IMG/VR virus record: IMGVR_UViG_3300030060_005952
Span: 1-64,000 of that record
Length of the DNA stretch: 64,000 bases
Source of the DNA: a virus
Strand: one strand, 5' to 3'
In this document: piece by piece, positions 15,439 through 24,564 of the stretch
Position numbering within the stretch: position 1 is the first letter of the stretch
Layout of the letters: each line of letters starts with the position of its first letter
Position numbers and translations under genes: made by a program
The notes under the pieces: generated by a model
What the model saw: only the letters and a program-made list of their open reading frames with translations
The model's database searches: none
Told to the model about the DNA's origin: nothing

Positions 15439-17801
15439 GCAAGGTTAGAGTTCTACCTAAAACCCTGAAAAAGAGCGATGGAAATTTCATCTATTGGGAT
15501 GGAAAACAAAGAGCCCAAAGACATCCACCGAAGGAGGTCAAGAATACTGACCCGAATGGAATAGACCACGCTCCTCCTTTTGCACATACTGGCAGTCATG
15601 GTGAAAATGAAACAGGAGAACTTGGCGTTGGAAAGATAATACCCGGAAAATATGAAACCGGACCACATGGTGAATTGGTGTACAAAGACGAGCTTGGTGG
15701 TCTACACTTTCATGGTATAGATGGCGTTATACACCATTTGGGAAATTTACTCAAGAGTGAGGGTATTGATGATAGTGCAGCAAAGTTAGTCCAACAAGCC
15801 ATAGAAGAAACAAACAATGACCCCCTACATAGGGACAATCCAGATAATCACCTTCCCGATGTAACAGATAAAGCTTGGCGAAGACTAGTCATGAGTGACT
15901 ACCAAGGACCAAAATTTGAAGAAGAGGGAAGAGCCAGACAGCACTATGTTACCATTGATGGTCAGAAACAACTGATAACTGGTTACAGAAATTTTCATGG
16001 TCATGATTCACCTCACGGGATGTTTCTAGATTCCTTGGCTAATCCTGTGCAAGCCGCTCTCGCTAGAATCCTAAAAGAAAAGCATAATCTTGACCCACCA
16101 CAAGGTAGAAATGATTTTCTTACCAGACCGCATATAAGAAGCGCTTACCTAAGTTATGCACTAGGTCCAAACTCTACCCCTGAAAATCCACAATATTACA
16201 GAGCTAATACTTCAGCTAGAACAGGACAAGTGTATGGTACTAACTATCAGACGAGGAACGCTTTCAAAAATGATATACTTTCTAGATTGAGTGAAGCCGG
16301 AATAGATACTGATATTGCTTTTCCTGATACATCAGCATATGGCATAGCACACATGCTTCCCGATAGATTCTTTAGAAGAGTTAGAAAAGGCACACGAAAA
16401 TATAGCGAGGGTGCAGAACCAACAGGGGCAGTAAGAGTTGCTAATCAAGAAATCATGGATGCGATAGGACATAGCAGTGTAGGTGGAGAAGCTATTGCTA
16501 GGGGAAGAGTGAAGCAGACTCTGAATCCATTTGAACACCCTGCTCTTGCCAACACTATGTATGGGGGAAGACCACTTTCACAAATCCTAGCTTCTGACGA
16601 ACAAAGAAAAAAGTTTCTTTATGGATTACTTTCCTATGATGCTTTTATGAAAATATTTGGCAAAACCTCACCAGATTCACCTGCTGGTAGACTTGCTAGT
16701 GCCTTCACTGAGTTGCACACGGGACTCCAAGACACTGCTGAGTTACCAGCAGGTGCTTTGGATTTAGGTGGCATTCAAAATCACGTCGGTGCTGTGCAAG
16801 GGAGGTACGGAACTGGTAGGCATCTCAGAGCTAAGGACATGCGTGCTTTGGCAATTCACAGTGGACATGAGGAAGCGATGGGCAACAATGCTGGAAACTT
16901 CAAACTGAGAACTACAGAATTAACTCCTGAGCTAGAAGTGAAGTACAACATAAAGCATCAAGAGCCATATGAAGGTGAAGTGGAGGAAATCAGAGGTGTC
17001 ATGGAAGCGATATCAGAGTTCCTAGCTGATGCGAAAGGACATGAGACGAGACTAACTCATCCAATAGAGCTACCAACACAACCTGCGGTCAGCACTAGTT
17101 TTCAAATGCCAACTAATCAAGGCATGAGTTTGGCAGACCACGTAAGATACTCTCCCCTTGTTGAAAACACAATGGCCGAAGGGACCACACGAGCGATGGG
17201 TGGCTCAACACAAGATTTGCCACCTGCACCAGTCGTACCTCAAGTAACCCAAATGGCCACACCACCTAGTAACGTAGCACGAACACAACCGCCAACTTCT
17301 GCAAATTTGGCAACTCCTAGTCTATCGCCTGAGCAAGTTACTGCTGCTAGAACAGGAGCGGCTAATCTTAGCGATGACCAATTAAGACAACTGATGAGAA
17401 CAGGTGGTGCTAGGTCTGGTGGTAGTACCACACCAATTGCTCAACCAGAGTTAGAGCGTTTTAGAGGCGCCTTCAGTGACCCATATCAGAGACTTATCAC
17501 AGAGTACATGAAAGGAGAGGGCTCGGTCGAAGAAGTGCAAGATAGGTTAATCAAGACCATGGAGAGACTTCAAATCAAGGATGCTAAGAATGATTCTACA
17601 ATAATCAAACATGTAAGTGAAAATAAACTTTCGATAGATTCTTTTCATGATGTTTCCACAATGGCCAAAAAGCTTGGCCTCGCCCCTCAAGATATTAGGT
17701 TGATAAACGAGAGCAAGGGTGATTGGATGAGGTTGAACAAGTCTTTCGGTTTCTCTGAGAGAGATATCAAGATAGTCAAGCTGTCTTTCAGGGGTGATTG
17801 A
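15435..17801 (+). CDS. 788-aa hypothetical putative head protein
   Basis: N-terminal KVRVLPKTLKKS; PIP-like QRLITEY near residue 685. Confidence 0.75.
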   Translation: MSKVRVLPKTLKKSDGNFIYWDGKQRAQRHPPKEVKNTDPNGIDHAPPFAHTGSHGENETGELGVGKIIPGKYETGPHGELVYKDELGGLHFHGIDGVIHHLGNLLKSEGIDDSAAKLVQQAIEETNNDPLHRDNPDNHLPDVTDKAWRRLVMSDYQGPKFEEEGRARQHYVTIDGQKQLITGYRNFHGHDSPHGMFLDSLANPVQAALARILKEKHNLDPPQGRNDFLTRPHIRSAYLSYALGPNSTPENPQYYRANTSARTGQVYGTNYQTRNAFKNDILSRLSEAGIDTDIAFPDTSAYGIAHMLPDRFFRRVRKGTRKYSEGAEPTGAVRVANQEIMDAIGHSSVGGEAIARGRVKQTLNPFEHPALANTMYGGRPLSQILASDEQRKKFLYGLLSYDAFMKIFGKTSPDSPAGRLASAFTELHTGLQDTAELPAGALDLGGIQNHVGAVQGRYGTGRHLRAKDMRALAIHSGHEEAMGNNAGNFKLRTTELTPELEVKYNIKHQEPYEGEVEEIRGVMEAISEFLADAKGHETRLTHPIELPTQPAVSTSFQMPTNQGMSLADHVRYSPLVENTMAEGTTRAMGGSTQDLPPAPVVPQVTQMATPPSNVARTQPPTSANLATPSLSPEQVTAARTGAANLSDDQLRQLMRTGGARSGGSTTPIAQPELERFRGAFSDPYQRLITEYMKGEGSVEEVQDRLIKTMERLQIKDAKNDSTIIKHVSENKLSIDSFHDVSTMAKKLGLAPQDIRLINESKGDWMRLNKSFGFSERDIKIVKLSFRGD

Positions 17802-18549
17802 GATGGGTAATGTTTATGTTTTGAGGAAGCAAAATGAAACCTCTATACAAGTAGGTAGCGATGGGACACCTAATTTACAATATCAGATTGGTACAGGTAA
17901 AAAGATGACTAGTCCCTTGAAATTCTTACCTTACTTAGCAGGTGGATATGGCGCACTCAGAAGTCTTGCTAGTCGTGACCAGACTGACCTTGGTTCTGCT
18001 TTAGCTTCGGCAGGTATGACTGGATTAACCAATTATGGAACTTTCAATCAGTTGGGGTCAGGGGCTGAGAAACTTTTCAGAGATAGACTTGGTAGAGAAA
18101 AAGAGGCTCCTTTACCTTCGGCTCCTACCATACCTCTTGGTCAATTACCAATGGATGAAATGGAATTAAGAAACAACACTAGTCAAGCACCAGTAGATAA
18201 CACCGGAAACACAGTGGCTCAAAATTTAAGAGAAAACCCAATCTTACCTTTTGGTTTTGAAAATATTCCTGAAACACCAATGCCCGGTGAAACTCCAGAT
18301 TCTGCTAGGATGATTGAACAAGCCTCACAAATGGGACAAAACCCAAGCATACCATTTGGTCGTGAGGCGATGCCGACCCCAACTGGACAAATGACTGATG
18401 CACAAAGAGCAGTCATGTCTCAGTCTGGCAGTAGAATGATGCCAGTGATACCCGGTTCACGTATTGATGAAAGTCAACGAAACTACCAACGAACTGAAGC
18501 AGGTGAGACTCCTACTTTAGATAAATTTGGTTTCACTAGGTTTGGGTGA
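17794..18549 (+). CDS. hypothetical protein, possible ejection/pilot-like
   Basis: Gly/Ala-rich amphipathic segment then Pro/Gln-rich tail; C-terminal TLDKF. Confidence 0.65.
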   Translation: MIEMGNVYVLRKQNETSIQVGSDGTPNLQYQIGTGKKMTSPLKFLPYLAGGYGALRSLASRDQTDLGSALASAGMTGLTNYGTFNQLGSGAEKLFRDRLGREKEAPLPSAPTIPLGQLPMDEMELRNNTSQAPVDNTGNTVAQNLRENPILPFGFENIPETPMPGETPDSARMIEQASQMGQNPSIPFGREAMPTPTGQMTDAQRAVMSQSGSRMMPVIPGSRIDESQRNYQRTEAGETPTLDKFGFTRFG

Positions 18550-18553
18550 TTGA

Positions 18554-20029
18554 TTGGTCAAGGAGGACATGAAAGAGTTCGTCCTTGAGATGGATAGGGA
18601 GATGTCCAAGAAGTCCTTTAGGTATTTTTTCACTGATGTTCTTGATTTTCTCTACAATCATCATCACGAGTCTTGGGGAAAAGGATTAGATGAGAACCAA
18701 TACTACTGTGTCAAGGCTTCTCGTGACCACGGCAAATCTGTGTTTTTCATGTCTTACGCTTTGTGGTTGGCGGCTTTCAACCCCGGTACTCACATCATGA
18801 TATTCTCTCACTCCCTTGAGCAAACTCTTGAGCATATGAGATTTATTCGTAATAACATAGAGACTTCAGATGTTTTGAGAAATCTCAAACCACAGGGTAA
18901 GCCTTGGGCTAAGTCATACTTTGAGTTCACAAACGGCTCTCGTATAATGGCAAAGTCCGTTGGTGGAGCAACTCGTGGTTTCCACCCGGATGTAGTTGTC
19001 TGTGACGATATTCTCTGGGGCACAAGCGGAACTGAACTACAGAGAACCGCAGACTGGTTTTACGGTGTTCTTCTCCCAGTTCTCCACCACAGCTCTAGAC
19101 TGATGATGGTTGGAACACCATTTAGCTACAACGATTTGTACGCTGAGTTAGAGCAGAAGGAGACTTTCACAGTCGAGACTTATCCAGCCATAGACAGAGA
19201 GGGAGTCGCATTATGGCCAGAGCGTTGGGATTTGGAGGCTCTAGAACAAAGAAGACTTTCCATGCCAGCTATACAGTTCAGCCGTGAGTATCTATGCGAG
19301 CCGATTCACGATGTTGCGAGTATGTTTCCAATGGACATACTTGAGCTTGCTCGTGACAATGACTTGGTGTTACTTGAAAGAGCCGACACAGAATACAACG
19401 AAGAAGGAGAGCCGAATGGTGTATTTGGTCAACACTTCATAGGACACGACCCTGCAATATCATCTGACAAGAACGCCGATTTCACAGCAATGGTGGTTCT
19501 CAGGATATTGCCGAATGAGCCACATAAGCAGATAATACATGCTGTGCACGAGAGAGGTATGTCATCGATGGCACAAAAAAGAATGATGGTGATTCTGAAC
19601 AATAAGTTTCAACCTGATTTGATAGAGCTTGAGGGAAACAATTTCCAAAGAATGCTTGAAGCTGAAATGAGGGAGATGGCTTCCGATATGCCAATTAAAG
19701 TATTTATGACGACTAGAGCTAGAAAAGAATCTCTTTTCATGTCGCTTCTTCTAGCCTTTGAGCAAGGAAATATCAAAACCCCGTATGGTGATGAGAAGAG
19801 TCGTAAATTCACTCATCAGCTTGAGCAAGAGCTGAATAGATTTGGCATGCAGAAGAATGGTAGGCTTGAGAGCGTTGGCACCCACGATGACTTAGCTATG
19901 GGTTTGGCTCTTGCGAATTGGGCGACTAAGGAATTCAAAGGCTCAGTAGTTCTCTTAGATGACGTAATGGAGAACTTTGATGGGTGGTTTGACGGTAACT
20001 CTAAATCCGGCGGTTGGATGGTACCTTGA
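18554..20029 (+). CDS. terL: terminase large subunit
   Basis: Walker A SRDHGKS, Walker B VVVCDD, coupling motif VGTP, nuclease GHDPA and HDDLAM. Confidence 0.95.
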   Translation: MVKEDMKEFVLEMDREMSKKSFRYFFTDVLDFLYNHHHESWGKGLDENQYYCVKASRDHGKSVFFMSYALWLAAFNPGTHIMIFSHSLEQTLEHMRFIRNNIETSDVLRNLKPQGKPWAKSYFEFTNGSRIMAKSVGGATRGFHPDVVVCDDILWGTSGTELQRTADWFYGVLLPVLHHSSRLMMVGTPFSYNDLYAELEQKETFTVETYPAIDREGVALWPERWDLEALEQRRLSMPAIQFSREYLCEPIHDVASMFPMDILELARDNDLVLLERADTEYNEEGEPNGVFGQHFIGHDPAISSDKNADFTAMVVLRILPNEPHKQIIHAVHERGMSSMAQKRMMVILNNKFQPDLIELEGNNFQRMLEAEMREMASDMPIKVFMTTRARKESLFMSLLLAFEQGNIKTPYGDEKSRKFTHQLEQELNRFGMQKNGRLESVGTHDDLAMGLALANWATKEFKGSVVLLDDVMENFDGWFDGNSKSGGWMVP

Positions 20030-20125
20030 GGGATTAGTTATGGTGACCACAGAAGATGACGGAAATTGGCTCAATAATACCACTTTCATAGAGAAGGATA
20101 AAGATAATAACAGGACTTTCTGGGT

Positions 20126-21280
20126 GTGAGAATATTGAACGAACTTTTCTCAAACACTGGTGATGGTTGGTTTGAAACTCATTTGGGTTGCACGGCCTCT
20201 CAGATAGTTAAGAGATTGAGAAAATCTAGAAGGCACAATAAACAACAAAAACACGAAATTGATGACATCATAAATGACATTCGTGTAATCAAAGCTTTGG
20301 AGTTTGAGAAAACTCTGGACATGTACGATTGGTTGGCAAAACATGCTGATGTTGTACGTTCTTTCTCCCCAAGTGAAAAAGACATGAGGGCTTTGAGAAA
20401 GTTTGGTGAAAGTAGGCAAGTCAATTTGATTAGAGCCTGTAATCAATGGAGAAAGTCTGATGAGATAATTAGTATGCTTGAGAAACACGAAGGTGTCTGG
20501 GGTGACGATGAGAAAGACTCTTGGGTAAAAGCCATGGACGATAGAGCTAGTGCAAAACTAATTTGGAAAAACACTCTGCACCAAATGCAAAGACTGACTG
20601 ATAAAGAAGTAACTGCTTTGACAAAAAGTTCCGATTTGTTGCAGAAAATGGGTCCTATGACTGCTCGCTCGATTTTTGAGAACCTCCATGAGAAAAACAT
20701 TCTACATAAGACCATGACTCCAATGAAGCTTTCTAAACTACTGAGCATGTATGGGGAGGAAGTAGACATCATGAGCGGTGCAACTCGCTCTACTTTTGTA
20801 AAAATGGATTCTACTGGTTTGATTCTCAAAGACCCTTTTGCATATGCTAGTGGTTTTCTAGATGCAGATGGCTATATCACTATCACTGGGAGGGGTGAGC
20901 CTAGAGCTGGTTTCATAGCAACTGGCACTAGGGGAAGGGCACATTGCGAACATTTGAGAAAAACTCTAGGTTGTGGTATTTTACAACTTGACCAGAAAAT
21001 ATACAAAGATGGACAAAGGAGCCAACACAGATTACAGTTTTATTCAAAAGGCGATATCAAGAAACTATTGACTGCTTTGATGCCTCATTTAGAAATGAAG
21101 AAAACACAAGCAAAAGCGGTTTTGGCATATATTGAAGAAAGTGACACTATGAGAAAGGAAGAGCTCAAAAAACTAGTTAAGTATAGCAACTGGAGTGACG
21201 ATACAACAAAAGCCGAGTCGCTACTCGCTGAGTGGGGAGTAGACGTAGACGCTGTAACTAAGTGGCAGGAGGGATTGTAA
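20126..21280 (+). CDS. LAGLIDADG-domain protein with long N-terminal helical/wHTH region
   Basis: AYASGFLDADGYI motif at about residue 240; PHLEMKKTQA pattern. Confidence 0.85.
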   Translation: MRILNELFSNTGDGWFETHLGCTASQIVKRLRKSRRHNKQQKHEIDDIINDIRVIKALEFEKTLDMYDWLAKHADVVRSFSPSEKDMRALRKFGESRQVNLIRACNQWRKSDEIISMLEKHEGVWGDDEKDSWVKAMDDRASAKLIWKNTLHQMQRLTDKEVTALTKSSDLLQKMGPMTARSIFENLHEKNILHKTMTPMKLSKLLSMYGEEVDIMSGATRSTFVKMDSTGLILKDPFAYASGFLDADGYITITGRGEPRAGFIATGTRGRAHCEHLRKTLGCGILQLDQKIYKDGQRSQHRLQFYSKGDIKKLLTALMPHLEMKKTQAKAVLAYIEESDTMRKEELKKLVKYSNWSDDTTKAESLLAEWGVDVDAVTKWQEGL

Positions 21281-23040
21281 TGGCAGAGGGTGATGGAGGT
21301 AGAATAGCCAATTTTCTATCCAACCTATCTGATAGGTTTCGCAGACGACAAACTCCAGAACCCACTATGCCTCTCTACACGACAGGCATACAAGAACCAG
21401 TAATGGCACAGGGTATTACTTTACCAGCCCTTTATGCTGTGACTAATGAGAACTTGGTTCTAAGAACAATAGTGTCAAAATTAACACAAGAAATATTCAG
21501 AAGGGGTTATTACTGGGAGAAGAAGTTTCAATACAAGTGCGTAGAGTGTCATGAAGAATACAGTGATTCTGTAGAACAATGCAAGCTTTGTGGCGGAGAG
21601 GTTAGAGCGCCGGATGTAGACCAATTACTGTATCCAAAGTGGGTTTTGAAACAGGAAAACTCCATGGAACAGCCTTTCATACACGTTTTATATGAACTTG
21701 AGAGAGATTTGAATGTTGTTGATGACGCTTTCCTCATACTAATCAAAGAGTATAACGTTGACCCTGAGACTGGCGAAATCATGTTCTACAGAATAAAGGA
21801 AGTGATGAGGGGCGACCCTATATTCATGAGAATTGTATCTGACAAGCGTGGTATCCGTGGTGGTAGATACAAGGTCTGTCCTTTGCATCGTGACCAAGTG
21901 GCATATCCCGGTCAACATGAAAATTGTGAAGTTTGCGGCAACAAGTTACAGGACGTTCACTACGTCAACATGGCAGGTAGTGGAAAGACTCAGTATTATG
22001 TTGAGGGCGAAGTTATACACATAAGTAAGTACAATCCCTCTAGACTCTACGGTAGAAGCCCAGTCAACACCATGTGGCGTCAAGCTATGACGCTCACTGC
22101 CATGGACAATTACATGTACACTGCCTATCAAAAGAGAAGAATGCCAAAGGGTATTATTTCCGTTACAACTGATAATCTGGAGTCTATGAAATCTTTCTGG
22201 AAAGTCGTTGATGAGAAGATGGAGAGGGACCCCCACTATGTACCGAAGGTAGGCATAGAGTCTTCCACTGGAAGAGGGGGTGTGAATTGGGTCAAGTTCA
22301 TGGATACTCTAGATGAGATGCAGTACATAGCCGTTAGAGATGAGGTTCGTGCTAGAATGTCTGCTTTCTATGGAGTAAGTAATATTTTCATGATAGACAA
22401 TGGAAAAAGCGGGGGTCTGAATAATGAGGGCATGCAGATACTTGTTACTAACAGAGCAGTTGAATTTGGTCAGAAAGTCTACACTGAAATCCTATTCCCT
22501 AGATTATTGAAACAGTTTGGCGTTACTGATTGGAAGATTACACTTTATCCAAATGAAGAGGAAGATGAGATTACCAGACTTAGAAGGGATGAGATGGAGG
22601 TAAATCTTGCTCAGAGAATGATGATGCTCGGTTACAAACCTGAACTCTTAGAAGAAGGCACTGGAAACAGAGACATACGATTTGTTTATACCAAATTACA
22701 ACAAGAGGCGGCAGGTGCTCCACCCGGAGGACCCGGTATGCCTCCCGGCATTCCACCCGGCATGCCTCCCGGTATGCCAGTAGGTGGCATGCCTCCCGGT
22801 ATGCCTATGAACTCGGCTGTAACTAACATGCCTCCGGGTGCAGGACCACCTATGCCTTCTCCTAATCCCGGTGGTCAAGGGGTTGGCATTCGCAATAGGG
22901 GCCCAGCTAGACCAGAAATGAGAAATTCCTTTGGTATAGGGAGCCCAAATACTAGCGTGCAACAGAGAGGCCCACAACCAACATCAGCTCAGAGAAATCA
23001 ACAGAGAATATCATCAGCATCTCGCCCAAGAGGCGCTTAA
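21280..23040 (+). CDS. portal protein with Zn-ribbon insertions and Pro/Gly tail
   Basis: DLNVVDDAFLI, EVIHISKYNPS..YGRSPV, FYGVS motifs; position between terminase and protease; TAATG start 21280. Confidence 0.9.
   Translation: MAEGDGGRIANFLSNLSDRFRRRQTPEPTMPLYTTGIQEPVMAQGITLPALYAVTNENLVLRTIVSKLTQEIFRRGYYWEKKFQYKCVECHEEYSDSVEQCKLCGGEVRAPDVDQLLYPKWVLKQENSMEQPFIHVLYELERDLNVVDDAFLILIKEYNVDPETGEIMFYRIKEVMRGDPIFMRIVSDKRGIRGGRYKVCPLHRDQVAYPGQHENCEVCGNKLQDVHYVNMAGSGKTQYYVEGEVIHISKYNPSRLYGRSPVNTMWRQAMTLTAMDNYMYTAYQKRRMPKGIISVTTDNLESMKSFWKVVDEKMERDPHYVPKVGIESSTGRGGVNWVKFMDTLDEMQYIAVRDEVRARMSAFYGVSNIFMIDNGKSGGLNNEGMQILVTNRAVEFGQKVYTEILFPRLLKQFGVTDWKITLYPNEEEDEITRLRRDEMEVNLAQRMMMLGYKPELLEEGTGNRDIRFVYTKLQQEAAGAPPGGPGMPPGIPPGMPPGMPVGGMPPGMPMNSAVTNMPPGAGPPMPSPNPGGQGVGIRNRGPARPEMRNSFGIGSPNTSVQQRGPQPTSAQRNQQRISSASRPRGA
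22720..22835 (+). repeat. PPGM-coding tandem repeats
   Basis: repeated ATGCCTCCCGG units in the portal C-terminal tail. Confidence 0.8.
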
Positions 23041-23049
23041 TTGATATAG
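23041..23049 (+). promoter_or_regulatory. putative late promoter TTGATATAG
   Basis: same 9-mer recurs at 29840 upstream of the protease/MCP operon. Confidence 0.45.
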
Positions 23050-23081
23050 AGGTGCTCTAGTGGGTACAACGAGGTACTGAC

Positions 23082-23441
23082 ATGGACTTGAGTAAGATGG
23101 ACCCAATGGCTAGAAAAATGAGTCTACATATGGACGAGTTGAACAAGGCTATGAAAGCCAATGATTCAGCTAGTTCAAGATTTCATTTGAACGAGATTTC
23201 AAAATACGCAGATTTCCTTCAAGGGGATTTGACTAACGAGATTAGAAAATCTGAGGATACACCAGAACCTGAAGGTGTTGACCAGTTTGCGGCCGGAGTG
23301 CCTGTAATCAAGTTCAATGAAAGTGGCTCAACTTTTGACCCCGCTGAAAGGAACAGAGTTCTAAAGGGCACAATCATACCTTCTAGAACCAATCCCACAA
23401 TGAGAAACGTCTCTGGAACTTTTGGTCGTTGGTCCCAGTAG
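23082..23441 (+). CDS. hypothetical head-associated protein
   Basis: GAGGT RBS; AMKA and IRKS Lys sites. Confidence 0.7.
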   Translation: MDLSKMDPMARKMSLHMDELNKAMKANDSASSRFHLNEISKYADFLQGDLTNEIRKSEDTPEPEGVDQFAAGVPVIKFNESGSTFDPAERNRVLKGTIIPSRTNPTMRNVSGTFGRWSQ

Positions 23442-23450
23442 GTGTTTTGA

Positions 23451-23783
23451 ATGAGTGAGGAAGCAACCGATGATGGTATTGCTCAGAAGCTCATGGAAAC
23501 TCTCATACGAAAGATGGAGGAAATGGACGCTAAGTTGTCCCGTTTAGAGGGCACTGTTAACTCTCCAAATGCACTTCTTAGGAAAGCAGGTTACGTCTCT
23601 ATGAGAACACCACATACAGAAGATTTGCTAGTCGATGGCTTCAGGGGCGACCTTGAAGCTGAAAGCCAGATAATGAAGAGCAACACTCAAAATGAATTTA
23701 CCAATGAGGAAATTCACGAAATGAGTTGGGAAGAAATCCATGACATGGCATCCCAGCACCAAAACACACAGGAGATGTATTAA
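23451..23783 (+). CDS. scaffold-like small protein sharing its C-terminal helix with the protease/scaffold
   Basis: coiled coil plus IHEMSWEEIHDMA, similar to MHRMSWDEVHALA of 29856..31280. Confidence 0.7.
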   Translation: MSEEATDDGIAQKLMETLIRKMEEMDAKLSRLEGTVNSPNALLRKAGYVSMRTPHTEDLLVDGFRGDLEAESQIMKSNTQNEFTNEEIHEMSWEEIHDMASQHQNTQEMY

Positions 23784-24403
23784 TGGCAGTAAGACCAATA
23801 CCAAGTCAGGCTTCATACGAAGTCACTGAAATGCTAAAGAAAGCTAAGAATCTTTTAGAAAAAGCAGAAAAGCTAGAAATGGTTGAGCACGATGGAAAGA
23901 AAGTGCCAGCATTCGCAGCAGATGGCAAGGGCGCCAAAGATGAAAAGAAGAAAGCCGACATGGCTGAAAAAGACAAATACTGCAAAAAGAACTTCGGCAA
24001 GAAATACTCCGAGTGTTCAGCAAAGGAGAAGGCACAGTGCGATAAGGTTCATGGCAAGGTCGAGAAAGGAAAGGGTATGGGAATGTGCCCGTCTTGTGGC
24101 GAGATGAAGATGGACATGGAGAAAGGTATGTGCATGAAAGCAGGTTGCATGCCTAGCCACAATATGAAGAAAGGTGAACATCACTATGCACAAACTTACG
24201 GAACTAAGCCAGAACATGCTCAATTCATGATAGAAACTGGTGGCCAAACATACAACCAATTCTACTACACCAATCAATCCTTATTGGATTCTGACGATGT
24301 AGCAAACAAGGGTGCTACTAGTCAGTCAGTTGACTTATCAGCTCTTCAACCAAACATGAATCCCCATGAGAACCCAGTAAAAGGACATCTCACGGAGGGA
24401 TGA
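23783..24403 (+). CDS. K-rich head-associated protein with Cys motifs
   Basis: multiple EKA/EKG/KKG sites; CPSCG. Confidence 0.7.
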   Translation: MAVRPIPSQASYEVTEMLKKAKNLLEKAEKLEMVEHDGKKVPAFAADGKGAKDEKKKADMAEKDKYCKKNFGKKYSECSAKEKAQCDKVHGKVEKGKGMGMCPSCGEMKMDMEKGMCMKAGCMPSHNMKKGEHHYAQTYGTKPEHAQFMIETGGQTYNQFYYTNQSLLDSDDVANKGATSQSVDLSALQPNMNPHENPVKGHLTEG

Positions 24404-24405
24404 TA

Positions 24406-24555
24406 TTGCCAAGGGTGGCAGTCAGAAAGGCGGCGGCCTCTATGTTGGCTTGTCCTTGTGGCGGTACATCACAAACTGGTTGTCAGTCTCCTAGTAATAG
24501 GGGAGGGAGTGTAGCGGATTGCCCCATTCGCATTAATCAAACCATGGGAGCGTAG
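24406..24555 (+). CDS. small Cys-containing protein of 49 aa, absent from the ORF track
   Basis: TTG start after GGAGGGA; MPRVAVRKAAASMLACPCGG...; fills the gap between coupled genes. Confidence 0.55.
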   Translation: MPRVAVRKAAASMLACPCGGTSQTGCQSPSNRGGSVADCPIRINQTMGA

Positions 24556-24564
24556 GTGGTATGA

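Noticed and set aside
20040-20129. 29-codon ORF (MVTTEDDGNW...) between terminase and LAGLIDADG gene
   Set aside because: It overlaps the next start in a coupled fashion but is too short to support without homologues
18554-21280. Intein or group I intron carrying the LAGLIDADG domain
   Set aside because: Terminase and portal ORFs are intact, no C/S...HN splice motifs are present, and the LAGLIDADG ORF is free-standing
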